DNA from: an uncultured Candidatus Bathyarchaeia archaeon
GTDB lineage: Archaea > Thermoproteota > Bathyarchaeia > 40CM-2-53-6
NCBI GenBank assembly: GCA_964598845.1
Contig: CAZRDM010000002.1
Coordinates: 35,428-99,427 of the forward strand
Length of the DNA: 64,000 nucleotides
Direction: 5' to 3'
Below are positions 20,057 through 31,200 of this stretch, one piece after another. Numbering within the stretch: the first letter of the stretch is position 1; every line of letters starts with the position of its first letter. The position numbers were made by a program, and so were the translations under genes. The notes under the pieces were generated by a model. That model ran no database searches, had not been told where the DNA came from, and saw only the letters and a list, made by a program, of their open reading frames with translations.

Positions 20057-20155
20057 TTGAGCGAAGAGGAAGATTGGGATAGCGAGGAAGAAGACGACTG
20101 GACCGATGATGAATGGGGAGAAGAAGAGGGCTGGGGAGAAGAAGAGGAGTGGTAA
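20057..20155 (+). CDS. 32-aa acidic, Trp-rich microprotein (not in ORF track)
   Basis: TTG start; MSEEEDWDSEEEDDWTDDEWGEEEGWGEEEEW; AGGAG at 20043-20047; TTTTAAAG at about 19999-20006. Confidence 0.7.
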   Translation: MSEEEDWDSEEEDDWTDDEWGEEEGWGEEEEW

Positions 20156-20230
20156 CGTCCAGCCTGATCGCTTCTTCCTCTAGTTGAATTCCCTGACATT
20201 CATTTTCAATCTTTCGAGAGGCCGGTAGTA

Positions 20231-22009
20231 TTGTTACGTGTAGCCACACTAGACAAGGAGCATTGTAAACCCGATGATTGCGGGATCCCGTGCTACAGAT
20301 TCTGTCCTGAAGTTCTGAACAGAAGATACGCAATCAAGTTCATCGCCGGACAGAAGAAACCTGTGATCGATGAAGATCTGTGCACTGGCTGTGGAATCTG
20401 CATAAAGAAATGCCCATTCGAAGCCATCACTATTGTCAAGCTGCCGCAAGAACTGGAAGGCGAATGCATTCACAGCTACGGAGTGAATGAGTTCAAGCTC
20501 TTTCGCCTGCCGGTACCCCGCCCTGGGATCGTTATAGGTCTCATCGGTCGAAATGGCACGGGGAAGAGCACCGCCCTCCGGATTCTGGCTGGTGAACAGA
20601 CTCCAAACTTCGGGATCCCGGGAGCGCAGAGCGGCTGGGACGAAGTTCTGTCTAGATACCGTGGCACACTGCTCTTCGAATACTTCAGTCAGATTGCAGG
20701 AAAGAAACTGAGAGTTGTTCACAAACCACAGCACATCGACAGAATAGGGTCGTTGCTTGAAGGAAAGGTTGAACGAATACTTCGACGGATCGATGAGCGT
20801 GGCAAGCTTCAGGACTTGATTGTAGAACTCGAACTCGAACAAATCCTCGACCGAGAAGCCAAAGTCCTTAGCGGCGGGGAACTCCAACGAGTGGCTATCG
20901 CTGCCGCTATCTCCAAGAATTCCGATGTGTACGTATTCGACGAACCCTCAAGTCACTTGGATATCCATCAAAGGATCCGCGCTGCTAGGAGCATTAGGAA
21001 GCTTGTCGAAGATGGTAAGTCTGTTCTCATCGCAGAGCATGACTTAGCAATGCTCGACTACCTCTCAGACGAGGTCTACCTGCTCTATGGTCAACCTGGC
21101 GCGTACGGAATTGTGTCACATGGCCACCCGACGAGAAGTGGAATCAACGACTACCTGATCGGTTTTCTACCTGATGAAAACATGCGTTTCAGACACCAAC
21201 CGATTCGCTTCCATGTGAGACCCCCAAGACAGATTGATGTTGAAACCGAAACCAAACTCGAATGGCCCATGATAGCCAAAAGAATTGGTAACTTCCATTT
21301 GCAGGTGAAGGCAGGTAGTCTAAGTGCCGGAGAGATAGTGGGAATAATTGGGCCGAACGGAATTGGCAAGACCACTTTCATTAAGGAACTTCTTGAGTAT
21401 TACACGAAATCAACACAAAATCAGTTGCAGGTGAGCTACAAGCCGCAATATATCTCGTCCACGTATGGGGGGACGGTGTATGAACTACTTACAGCCGTCG
21501 GAGGTGACTATGCGTCAAGCCTCTTTAATGAAGACGTCGTCCGCCCGTTATCCATTAACAAACTGCTGGACAGAAAAATAACTGAGTTAAGCGGTGGAGA
21601 GTTGCAACGTGTCGCTATAGCGGCCTGCCTTGGAAAGAGTGCGCAAGTCTACCTGCTGGACGAGCCCAGCGCGTTCCTGGACGTTGAGGAAAGACTGAAC
21701 ATCTCAAAGGCGCTCAGACATCTGATCGATGCACGACAGGCTTTCGCGTTCGTCGTTGAACATGACATCGTAGCGCAAGATTTCCTAGCCGACCGGATTA
21801 TGGTTTTCAGCGGTGTCCCTAGCAGGCGCGGGGAAGGATCGCCTCCCATGCGGCTTAGAGAAGCAATGAACACCTTTCTCTCGGAGATTAGTATCACTTT
21901 CAGGCGGGACCCAGAGACGAAGCGACCCAGAATCAACAAGCCGGACAGCAAACTGGACAAGGAACAGAAAAGCTCGGGAGAATTCTATTACATTGCTGCC
22001 GCCGATTAG
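20231..22009 (+). CDS. rli: Ribosome recycling ATPase ABCE1/Rli1
   Basis: N-terminal Fe-S cysteines (CTGCGICIKKCPF), two ABC domains with LSGGELQR, C-terminal RPRINK. Confidence 0.97.
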   Translation: MLRVATLDKEHCKPDDCGIPCYRFCPEVLNRRYAIKFIAGQKKPVIDEDLCTGCGICIKKCPFEAITIVKLPQELEGECIHSYGVNEFKLFRLPVPRPGIVIGLIGRNGTGKSTALRILAGEQTPNFGIPGAQSGWDEVLSRYRGTLLFEYFSQIAGKKLRVVHKPQHIDRIGSLLEGKVERILRRIDERGKLQDLIVELELEQILDREAKVLSGGELQRVAIAAAISKNSDVYVFDEPSSHLDIHQRIRAARSIRKLVEDGKSVLIAEHDLAMLDYLSDEVYLLYGQPGAYGIVSHGHPTRSGINDYLIGFLPDENMRFRHQPIRFHVRPPRQIDVETETKLEWPMIAKRIGNFHLQVKAGSLSAGEIVGIIGPNGIGKTTFIKELLEYYTKSTQNQLQVSYKPQYISSTYGGTVYELLTAVGGDYASSLFNEDVVRPLSINKLLDRKITELSGGELQRVAIAACLGKSAQVYLLDEPSAFLDVEERLNISKALRHLIDARQAFAFVVEHDIVAQDFLADRIMVFSGVPSRRGEGSPPMRLREAMNTFLSEISITFRRDPETKRPRINKPDSKLDKEQKSSGEFYYIAAAD

Positions 22010-22067
22010 GCTGCTACAGGTTTAACTAGCGCGTCTTTGCCTTAGAGGCTCGGAGAAAAAGCTCGGA

Positions 22068-22280
22068 GTGTCAACGAACTACTGTCTAGAATGTGGTGGG
22101 ATTCTCACCTACGACACCGCTCTGAAACTGTACACATGTAGAAGTTGCGGTCTCACCTTCAACTCTCAGCAGCTAATGGAAGCTCGAATCAAGATGCGAG
22201 AGCGAGAAAGCCCCGAGGAGCAACGCAAGCGCAAGCAGAATGAGTACTTGAAATGGTGGCTTTCAAAGAAGGCAGGATGA
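22068..22280 (+). CDS. Small Zn-ribbon protein
   Basis: CLECGG...CRSCG followed by a charged helix ending YLKWWL. Confidence 0.75.
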   Translation: MSTNYCLECGGILTYDTALKLYTCRSCGLTFNSQQLMEARIKMRERESPEEQRKRKQNEYLKWWLSKKAG

Positions 22281-22373
22281 TTGTGTCATATCTGGTGAGA
22301 AGAACTCAGACATCAATCCCGTGAAAAACAATAGTACTTATTATCCATATTCTCACACGGCAACTCCGTCCGG

Positions 22374-23198
22374 GTGTCAAAAGATTTGGAATGCACAGTT
22401 GAGATACTATCCATAGGAAACGAGCTCTTACTCGGAAATACGTTTAACACCAACGCAACATGGATTGCGGAAAGGGTCACTGCACTGGGGGGAAAGGTTA
22501 GACGGATAACCACGGTCGCGGACAACCTGAACGAAATCTCGCAAGCCGTAAGCGAATCAATCAAGAGAAGACCCAGAATTCTGATCACCACTGGTGGTAT
22601 TGGACCAACCTTCGATGACATGACGCTCAGCGGTGTTGCCAAAGCGCTTGGTCTACGTCTGAAGCTTGATAATGTCGCTGTGGCGATGATCAGACAGCAC
22701 TATGCTCGCAGATTTCCGAGACGCCGCATATCACTAACCAAGCCACGTCTTAAGATGGCTCTGATCCCCTCAGGAGGAACACCGATCCTCAATCCAGTCG
22801 GCACAGCACCTAGCGTTAGGATCAATGTGAATCAAATCGCGATCTTCTGTCTACCCGGTGTCCCTAGAGAGGCGAAAGCCATCTTCACTCGTACGCTTGC
22901 CGAAATCATACGTGCGAGAGCGCGAGGAAGGAAGTTTCTGGAGAAATGGATTGAAGTTCGAGGGATTATGGAATCGTCGCTGGCACCCGTTCTCGATGCT
23001 CTCATGCGACGGTCGACTGGTGTCTACATCAAGTCGCATCCAAGAGGTATAGAGGCGGGAGGCCACCCCTTTATCCATCTGCATTTCTCGATGTCGTCTT
23101 CAAATGAAAGAAAGGCTGAGCGAGTGCTCGACCAAGCCGTTTGCGAAGCGATCGAAGGACTTTCTAGGTTGGGCGGAAGAGTCCGTCAAATAGAATGA
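22374..23198 (+). CDS. CinA-like molybdopterin-binding-domain protein
   Basis: IGNELLLG, NTNA, TGGIGPTFDDMT, NPVGTAP, LPGVPRE and YIKSHP motifs. Confidence 0.88.
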   Translation: MSKDLECTVEILSIGNELLLGNTFNTNATWIAERVTALGGKVRRITTVADNLNEISQAVSESIKRRPRILITTGGIGPTFDDMTLSGVAKALGLRLKLDNVAVAMIRQHYARRFPRRRISLTKPRLKMALIPSGGTPILNPVGTAPSVRINVNQIAIFCLPGVPREAKAIFTRTLAEIIRARARGRKFLEKWIEVRGIMESSLAPVLDALMRRSTGVYIKSHPRGIEAGGHPFIHLHFSMSSSNERKAERVLDQAVCEAIEGLSRLGGRVRQIE

Positions 23199-23494
23199 GA
23201 ACTTGGCAGACATCGAACCTCCAAATTCTCTAAAACGTGAAAATGCGTGATAGTGCAACATAGGTCTGGACAAGAAGCGATTTCAGATTGGTTATGATTC
23301 TACTTTGACAGATCTGAGGAGAAAATTCTCAGTGAATGTTGAGAAACCAAGCCATAATGAACAGCTAATCTTTCGGGTTGCTCTCGAGAGTCATGGTTTG
23401 AATCCACGTCACACGCACTTCGTCGAGTACTCATGTCCCCGGACCAATGATTCAGATCTGCAATGATACCCGAAGCTCCGTTTACTGTCACACA

Positions 23495-23926
23495 TTAAGG
23501 AACCAGTTCTAGGTGCCTATTTTTCCCTGGGTGCGAAATTGTACCAACAACGAGGTTTGACAGTAGATAGGTCAGCAATACATAGGGCCACATATACCCT
23601 GCAAATATGTTCCAGCCAATCAGGATTTCGTCGACTGGTCGACCGAGAGCCAAGCTGCCAACCCATTCGAACATCAAAGTCAAGCTCAGCCACAGAATGC
23701 CAACATGAATCAAATCCTTGGTTTCATATGCCTTGACGAATCGGAGCAGGAAATATGCGAGAACAGAGATGTACACAATCCGAGTGGACATGCCGATTTG
23801 ATGTGCCACGAGAACACCCCATCTCGGTTCGTAGACGAGATTCATCAGTACAAAGAAGTTGAAGCCCGAAATCAAGATCTCCATTAACCAAACGCGAATC
23901 GCGGTCTTCAAGAAGGGAAAGTTCAT
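23495..23926 (-). CDS. Hypothetical membrane protein
   Basis: Four hydrophobic segments with GILWLSLTLMFEW and WNIFAGYMWP. Start placed at ATG 23926. Confidence 0.7.
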   Translation of the reverse strand: MNFPFLKTAIRVWLMEILISGFNFFVLMNLVYEPRWGVLVAHQIGMSTRIVYISVLAYFLLRFVKAYETKDLIHVGILWLSLTLMFEWVGSLALGRPVDEILIGWNIFAGYMWPYVLLTYLLSNLVVGTISHPGKNRHLELVP

Positions 23927-24965
23927 GAGGAGCCCAGCATTGCGTGTTCGCATATTTAGCAGACGACTATAGTCGTTTCGCCTCAGAATGCTGCAATTAA
24001 TCAACGAAACAATGGCCCCTAGCTCAAGAATGTCTGGCGAGTTAATGGATGAAGCGCATCGCAGACGACGGCCACTTCCAGAGGCTCAAAGGAATTGTCA
24101 AAGCGTTGACTCTGAACGACATCACAATTGATTCAAGTACGCGTTCAGATGGACACACGTATTGGAGCAGAAGCCAACTGTCAGACAAGCGCCCCCGTGC
24201 ACTCCCTCGGCATAAGTGCTCCTCACAATTACACGCCATGAACGCTTACTGCTCCGGACCCGGGTTCACAGTCACTGTTCCTGTTCTAGCCTGCTCATCA
24301 TCGCAGCGGCCTAGTCTCTCTGCTCTGATTTGGAAAAACCTTGCTCTAGCTGCCATGTAACTAGCACGGTAGACTGATAGGTGAAAGTACCTTGCGTGCG
24401 GGGGAATGTTATGGCTAACGCTGTCTTCGTTCTTGGCATGCGGGATCGGGTAAATCAACTCTCACAGCGGCCTATCGGGAATGGCTCAAGGATTCAGCAT
24501 GAGACGTACTGGTTACAAACCTAGACCCGGGAGGAACAACTCTCTCCTACAATGCAGACATTAATGCTTGACCATACACTCGGACCAAATATTGCCCCAA
24601 TCATGGCATCGGACGTGCTTGCTGATCATTTGGAGGAAATTTCTCCTCTTTGTGGAGCTCAACGCGGCCGTAACCAGAGTTTTAACCCGTGGCGAAGAAC
24701 CTTCCGCGCAATGTTTCATTCCTTGAAGTCCTCTCCGAGTAAATGAGCGAAGCTTCGCGCCATGGAAACCGACGCGCGCCAACATAGGGCAGATCGGGTT
24801 CATAACAAGACCTGATGTAAGGGCATTATGCTTGATAATAGTGCGCCATCCAGATCTCACGAGACAAGAAAACGAATATGCTTTCTGCCAGCACAAGATA
24901 CTCTTCAATCGGCATTAACACAAGCGGAATTGCATGCAACGCATTAAATAGGGGGGTCAACTCCT

Positions 24966-25460
24966 TTGCAGCATCTCCGAAACCGCGGGTTCAACTTGGG
25001 AACCACGAGCGTTGCTCTGCTCTTGTTGATTATCGTGCTGACCTCCCTCCCCACTGGCTTCGCGCCTGGCCCAAGCGAAGTGAGCAGGATCATCATTACT
25101 CGAGAGGTTCCTTTGACGAGAAAAGTTGTGTTAGTAGGGTTCGATCTGCATACCATTGATCCACAAAGTATCCTGACGGGTAAGTTGGACTTCGGACTTA
25201 GAAGGAGCAAGATCTCCCAAACTAGAGATCTCGTTGATAACGCCTTGGAGAAACACAATTCGATGAAATATGTGCACGCAATCCGAATTGCTGTTCTTGC
25301 TGTTCAAGTTGCGGATGGAGCCCTGATTGCCACTTCGGCAGCGCCGAACGCTGTGACTTCTGTCGGTCTACTCTCCCTAGTATTAGGAATCGTCATCGGG
25401 TCATCACTTATGTTCTTGGTTTTAAGAAGATACTCTCACGAAGTAATTGGAGGGAAGTGA
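24966..25460 (+). CDS. Hypothetical membrane-anchored protein, possibly degenerate
   Basis: Hydrophobic segments at both ends; stop overlaps the start of the next ORF. Confidence 0.4.
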   Translation: MQHLRNRGFNLGTTSVALLLLIIVLTSLPTGFAPGPSEVSRIIITREVPLTRKVVLVGFDLHTIDPQSILTGKLDFGLRRSKISQTRDLVDNALEKHNSMKYVHAIRIAVLAVQVADGALIATSAAPNAVTSVGLLSLVLGIVIGSSLMFLVLRRYSHEVIGGK

Positions 25461-26392
25461 ACCACCCGCGAGGTGCTCAGATGCATTCAGACAAGACCCA
25501 GGCATCGATAGAGCACCTCTATCGTGAACTTGAGGGCCTCAAACAAAACAACGCAGGCAAGAAGGCTCAAATCGCACAACTCCGAGAACAGATTGAAGCA
25601 GCCATCACACAGCGCGATTCGCTCAACGCAGAAGTCAAGGAAATTTTGAACAAGGTCAGAGAACTGAAGTCAATGAGGGATGCTCTCAACGCGAAAGTCA
25701 AGGAGCTCAAACAGAAGCGTGATGAACTGAGAAATGCAGCTTCCGAAAAACGGCAGATGCTCACGAGATTGCTTGAGCATGCGCGGGAAATTTCGGAGCA
25801 AGTGCAGGGGAGTATGTCTGAACTTTCTAGGCAGATCAGGCAGTTAGAATGGTATATTCAAACCAACGCACTTGCACCAAAGACCGAGAGAAATCTTATC
25901 GCGAAAATTGGTACATTGGAAGCCAACTTGACAAAGCATAAGGGACTTGGAAATGTTAGAGACAAGCTCCTTCGGCTGAGGATAGAAGTTGGGGCACTGA
26001 GAATTCAAGCCCAGTCTACTCATGAGGAACTGACTAAGATAGCTCAAGAAAGCGAAGAAGTTCACACCTCCATGCAGGAACTCGTCAAAAATCTAACAGA
26101 GAAAAAGAGGGAAGCTGACCAGAAGCACGCGGAATACCTCGAACTAAGCAAGGAACGCCACGAAATTGTGGGAGCCCTGAAACGGAACCTAGTGAGGATA
26201 GATGAAATAAGAGCCCAGATAGGCGAAACAAGAACGAGCTCTAAGGTTGAGAAAGCCGAGAAGCTCAAGTCGAAGTACAGGGAATCCGCGAATGAGAAAC
26301 TTCGGACAGGCGGCAAACTGTCGCTTGAGGAATTTCAGGCATTGATGGCCGATACACTGTCAGACAGCGATGAAGACTCAAAGGAGTCGTGA
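25457..26392 (+). CDS. Archaeal coiled-coil protein
   Basis: Long heptad repeats, LEWYIQT motif, C-terminal GGKLSLEEF. Confidence 0.75.
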   Translation: MNHPRGAQMHSDKTQASIEHLYRELEGLKQNNAGKKAQIAQLREQIEAAITQRDSLNAEVKEILNKVRELKSMRDALNAKVKELKQKRDELRNAASEKRQMLTRLLEHAREISEQVQGSMSELSRQIRQLEWYIQTNALAPKTERNLIAKIGTLEANLTKHKGLGNVRDKLLRLRIEVGALRIQAQSTHEELTKIAQESEEVHTSMQELVKNLTEKKREADQKHAEYLELSKERHEIVGALKRNLVRIDEIRAQIGETRTSSKVEKAEKLKSKYRESANEKLRTGGKLSLEEFQALMADTLSDSDEDSKES

Positions 26393-26398
26393 TATTCC

Positions 26399-27172
26399 AT
26401 GCCTAGGATTGCAGTCATAGGGGGAAGCGGTCTCGAAGGGCTCCTAATGGGCTCCCGTGAAATTCGGGTTGGGACACCGTACGGGCCGGCTCCGGCCATA
26501 TCCGTCGGCTCCGCAGGAGTAGAAGAAGTTGCCTTCCTCCCGCGGCATGGACGAAAGCACGACTCGCCCCCTCACAAGGTGAACTATAGAGCAAATCTGT
26601 ATGCTCTCAAGCAAATTGGGATCGAACGTATTCTTGCCACCAATGCCGTGGGAGCGATAAACTCGACTTATAATCCAGGCGACCTAGCTGTTCCCGAGGA
26701 CATCTTAGACATTACGAAATCCAGGGTGACAACATTCTTCGATAGCTCCCCGGTTACTCATGTTGATGTCTCACAACCCTACTGTCCAGAACTCCGCAGA
26801 GCCTTGATCGACGCGGCAAGGGCTGTAGAAGCTAAGACATGGAGTAACTCAATTATGACAGTGACTGAGGGCCCTCGTTATGAAACCCCAGCTGAGATTC
26901 GAATGCTTCAGACGCTGGGAGGCGACATCGTTGGCATGACAGGAGCCCCAGAAGTCTTTCTTGCAAGAGAACTTGAGATATGCTATTCTGCACTGTGTTT
27001 CATCTCAAACAGAGCTGCGGGACAACAGGACAAGCTATCTGCGGTCGAAGTCATGGAGATCGGAAAGAGAGTCATGCCCGAGGTGCTTACGGTGATACGC
27101 AGGGCCATCGAGAAGATCCCTGTACCGAGAGCCTGCCCTTGCGCCAAGGCAATAGAAGAGGCCCAAGTGTGA
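26399..27172 (+). CDS. mtnP: 5'-methylthioadenosine/purine nucleoside phosphorylase
   Basis: IGGSG, TPYG, FLPRHG, PPHKVNYRAN, EGPRYET and VGMT motifs. Confidence 0.9.
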   Translation: MPRIAVIGGSGLEGLLMGSREIRVGTPYGPAPAISVGSAGVEEVAFLPRHGRKHDSPPHKVNYRANLYALKQIGIERILATNAVGAINSTYNPGDLAVPEDILDITKSRVTTFFDSSPVTHVDVSQPYCPELRRALIDAARAVEAKTWSNSIMTVTEGPRYETPAEIRMLQTLGGDIVGMTGAPEVFLARELEICYSALCFISNRAAGQQDKLSAVEVMEIGKRVMPEVLTVIRRAIEKIPVPRACPCAKAIEEAQV

Positions 27173-27176
27173 ATCT

Positions 27177-27959
27177 ATGTTACCGACCCTGCTCAAGATC
27201 ATAGGAGCCTACAGGTTTTACGAAAGATGGCTTGAAGATACTGTTACTTCAGGTGAGCTACCCGAACATATCGGTGTAATACTAGACGGGAATAGAAGGT
27301 GGGCCTCCGACAGATACGGAGACAAGCTGAATGGTCACATTTACGGGGCGAGGACTGGCAAAGAATTTCTTGAGTGGTGTCTTGAACTGGAAATCAAGAC
27401 TGTCACGCTCTACGTCTTCTCAACCGAGAACTTCCTGCGCCCTCAGGATGAGGTTCGAACGATTCTCAAAATAATCGAGGACGAAGCGAGGAAACTCATC
27501 ACCGATGAAAGAATACATCAATACAGGGTACACGTGAAAGCGATCGGACGCCTAGAGCTCCTTCCGGAATCGCTGAGGAATGTCTTGGTTGAGGTTGAAC
27601 GAGCAACTGCAACATATGATCAACACTACCTGAATATTGCTGTTGCATACGGTGGTAGAGCTGAGATTGTGGATGCAGCGAAGCGAATCATCGACGAAGT
27701 CAAGAGCGGCATTTTGGATGGGAATTCCGTGGATGAAAACATGTTCACCAAGTACCTGTACACTTCTCATCTTCCTAACCCGTACCCTGAGGTAATCATT
27801 CGAACCTCAGGCGAAGAGCGACTGAGCGGTTTCCTGATCTGGCAGGCAGCCTACAGCGAGTTTATCTTCCTTGATGTCTATTGGCCAGAATTCCGCCGCA
27901 TCGACCTCTTGAGAGCTATTAGAACCTACCAGCGTCGCAGGCGAAGATTCGGTAGGTGA
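27177..27959 (+). CDS. uppS: cis-prenyltransferase (polyprenyl diphosphate synthase)
   Basis: ILDGNRRWA, FSTENF, YGGRAEI and IRTSGEERLSGFL motifs. Confidence 0.95.
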   Translation: MLPTLLKIIGAYRFYERWLEDTVTSGELPEHIGVILDGNRRWASDRYGDKLNGHIYGARTGKEFLEWCLELEIKTVTLYVFSTENFLRPQDEVRTILKIIEDEARKLITDERIHQYRVHVKAIGRLELLPESLRNVLVEVERATATYDQHYLNIAVAYGGRAEIVDAAKRIIDEVKSGILDGNSVDENMFTKYLYTSHLPNPYPEVIIRTSGEERLSGFLIWQAAYSEFIFLDVYWPEFRRIDLLRAIRTYQRRRRRFGR

Positions 27960-28245
27960 GACAGATAAACAAGCAAGCTCGGAACTGCGAAGTTGAATTT
28001 AGCTTTAAGGCTCCTGTTTCCCTCTTTACTTTCGAACCATGTTGTAGGTTGGTTTCATCAAATCTGTATTGGACACGCAAGTCCGAAAAACAACTGCATG
28101 CCAAGTTTGACATGACTTTATCCATACAAATCATCACGAAAGTGTAACCAAGCCTTATCTTCGCAAGTTTGAAGCATCCGCAGAGTCACGCGAGTCGCTG
28201 AAGTTACAGAATTTCGTGCATTGCCCCGGCGAGTTTGGAGAGCTA

Positions 28246-31200
28246 TTGGTCTATATCAAGAGAGTCGACCTGAGAGGTTTCAAGACCTTCGGCAGGAAAG
28301 CAACGATTCATCTGGGCCGTGGGCTCACGATCATTACCGGTCCGAATGGCTCGGGCAAATCGAACATCTTGGATTCAGTAAAGTTCGCCCTCGGCGAATT
28401 GAGTCCCAAAGAGCTTAGAGGCGAAACCATCTCAGACCTCATTCACCGGGGAACACAACAAGCGTCTTCAAGATCCGCATACGTTGCCGTCCAATTCGAT
28501 AACCACGACAGGCGCATACCGATAGATTCTGAGGCTGTTACAATTTCTCGGGAATTCCATAGAGGCGGAGAGGGTGTCTATAGGCTCAACGGCAAGAGAA
28601 TTTCGAGAAAGCAACTCACCGACATCCTCTCCTCCGCAGACATCCAGGTTTCCAGCTACAACATAGTTCCCCAACATGCAATAACAAGGCTTGCCGAGGT
28701 CAACCCTGAAGAACGCCGTAAGATCATAGAGGACATGGTCGGAATAGCCGTATATGATAACAAGAAAGCCTCCGCCCAAGCCGAGCTGCAACATGCCGAT
28801 ATAAATCTGAAGGTAGCCTCAGCCAAGATTGACGAGGTAAGACTACGGGTCGAGTCGCTAGAAAGAGAACGGAATGACTACCTAAAGTATTTACAGATCC
28901 GCAAAGAGATAAACCAACTTCAAGCGAAAGCTGTATCGTACAAAATCCAGAAAGCCAGACAAGAAGCCAACAAGATTGAGGAAGAGATAGGACTACGCCA
29001 ACAGCAGATTCAAGAACTTCGCACAGGTCGGGACGGCTTACTCAAGAAAAAATCCAACGTCGAATCTGAGAAGAGGGAATACGAAGAGTCTGTCACTGAG
29101 AAGGGCAACGCCAAGCTCTTGGAAGTTCAACGTGCAATAGGAGACGTAAGCGCCACTATTGCCAGCCTCAGAGCACAGGCAAGCGCCCTCGAAGCAAACA
29201 TCAAGTCATTTCAGAAGCAAAAAGCTGAGCTTGAGGGAAGCGCCGCCGATATTGTTGAAAAGATTACGAACGCAAGGAAGGAACTGCGTGAACTCAGGAT
29301 TCAACATACCAGATTGCTGAAGGCCATCGAAACCAAACAGGTTCTAGCTGACGAATCGTCCAAACTACTCACAGAGCTTAGGGAGAGGCTCGGGGAAAAT
29401 AGCAGGGAGGCGGAAGAACTTGAGCGCTCGATAAATGCTTTGACTCATAGGACAATCAAATTCAACGCTCAGATCAAGGCAAGCGCGACAAAGATCGACC
29501 TTTTGGAAAATCACATGCACACATTGAGGTCTCGAAAGGAAGAGTACGAGACACTTCTCCGGAGTGTCACGAAACGACTCGAAGAACTCGCACTGATAAA
29601 GAAGGGGGAAGAGACAAGAGTTGAAGAGGCGGATAGGAAGATCGCCGAGTATTCCGAAGTAAAGTCACAGCGTGCACAGGAAATCGTGAACGCCAACGAA
29701 GTCGCGAAGCGAGCTGGGTTCGCTCTTGTTGAGATCGAATCGCAGAATAACCTCGCAGAGAATCTTGCCTCTGAAGATAGGGCACTTAGCCTAATCGAAG
29801 AGATGGCAGAGTCGTGTGCCCTTTCTGGTGTGTACGGAAGACTCAGCGAACTCGTCAGGGTAGGACCAGATTATTCCAAGGCGGTAGAGGCTGCCGCAGC
29901 CGGTTGGATGAAGGCCCTTGTAGTCAAGAACCTCGAAACCGCTGTATCCTGTATCGAGGTTCTAAAGAGAACGAGAATAGGCCGAGTCAAGCTAATTCCA
30001 TTGGAGGATCTGACCAAGTCAAAGAAACTTCGTATTCCCGGCGATCTGAAGGAGATAATTGGCCCCCTCACCGAACAACTCATCTTCGCAGAGCGCTTCA
30101 GGCCCGCGGTGAACCACGTATTCGGGGATACAGTTCTAGCCCTCAACCAAAAATCTGCGTTCCTCGCATCCCTGAAAGGCATTAGAGCGGTTGCAGTAGC
30201 AGGCGACCTCTACGAACCGGGCGGTGCAATGGAAACTGGCTACTACAGACAACCCTTCGACATCTCCAGATTACTCCTCAAGGGTCAAACAGTTCAACAA
30301 CTGAAAGGCACCCTAGCATCACTTGAGAAACTTGCATGCAAGGCTGGAGAGGAAATCGGGAGGTTAGAGCAAGAAGTTCTAGACCAGACCAGGAGTAAGG
30401 CCCATACTCAGAGCCTCATTTGTTCAACGGAAAAAGAGATCGCAAGCTTCACCGAGAGCCTGGAACGCGCACGAAGGATCATCGAAGACACCGACGTTCG
30501 CATTGAACGAATAGTACATGAAGTCGGCACTGAGAAGGCAATGCTAGAGGCGAGCGTATCACAGAAAAGCAAGATACAAGAGCGCTTGCGGAGTTATGAG
30601 CGGGATCGTGCGTCGCTGAAACTTCGGTCGCGATCAGCAACTCTGCTCGAACAGGAAAATGTCCATATGAGGCTCAATCAAGAGCTGAATGACCTAGTTC
30701 GAGTCAGAATCGAGACTGAAAGTCGAATTGGATCACTGACTTCAACGGTTGCAGTCATCGAACCCTCCATAGAGCAGACAAAGATTCAAACTTCAAGCAT
30801 CGAGAGACAAGCTCAGAAAATGGCAAATGACCTAACAGCAACCCAAGCGGAACTCTCAAAGTTTGAAGACCAGCTCAAACAGTTGAAGGAGAACCGCGAT
30901 AAGCTCTCCGAAGAGCTATCGTCCGTTAGGATAAGACGTGCGGAGTACGACACCCAACTCAAGAAAATGGACTCTGAGATAACGAGAATCCTTGACAAAC
31001 TCGATCCTTTGAGCAACGATTTCGCCAATCTGACCGCCTCAAGTAAACAGCTTCAGATGCAGATTGAGTTCCACATTAACGACTTAAAGGAACTCGGATA
31101 CTCTGATGTCTTGGAGGTTTCAGAAGATGAAATTGAGAGAGTGGAGGGAATTCTTCAGACTCTAAAGAAGGAACTGGCTTCTATTGGCGGAGTAAACGAG

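Noticed and set aside
24005..24960. Overlapping short ORFs in a 1-kb gap
   Set aside because: No protein-like composition, repeat or RNA structure that I could support.
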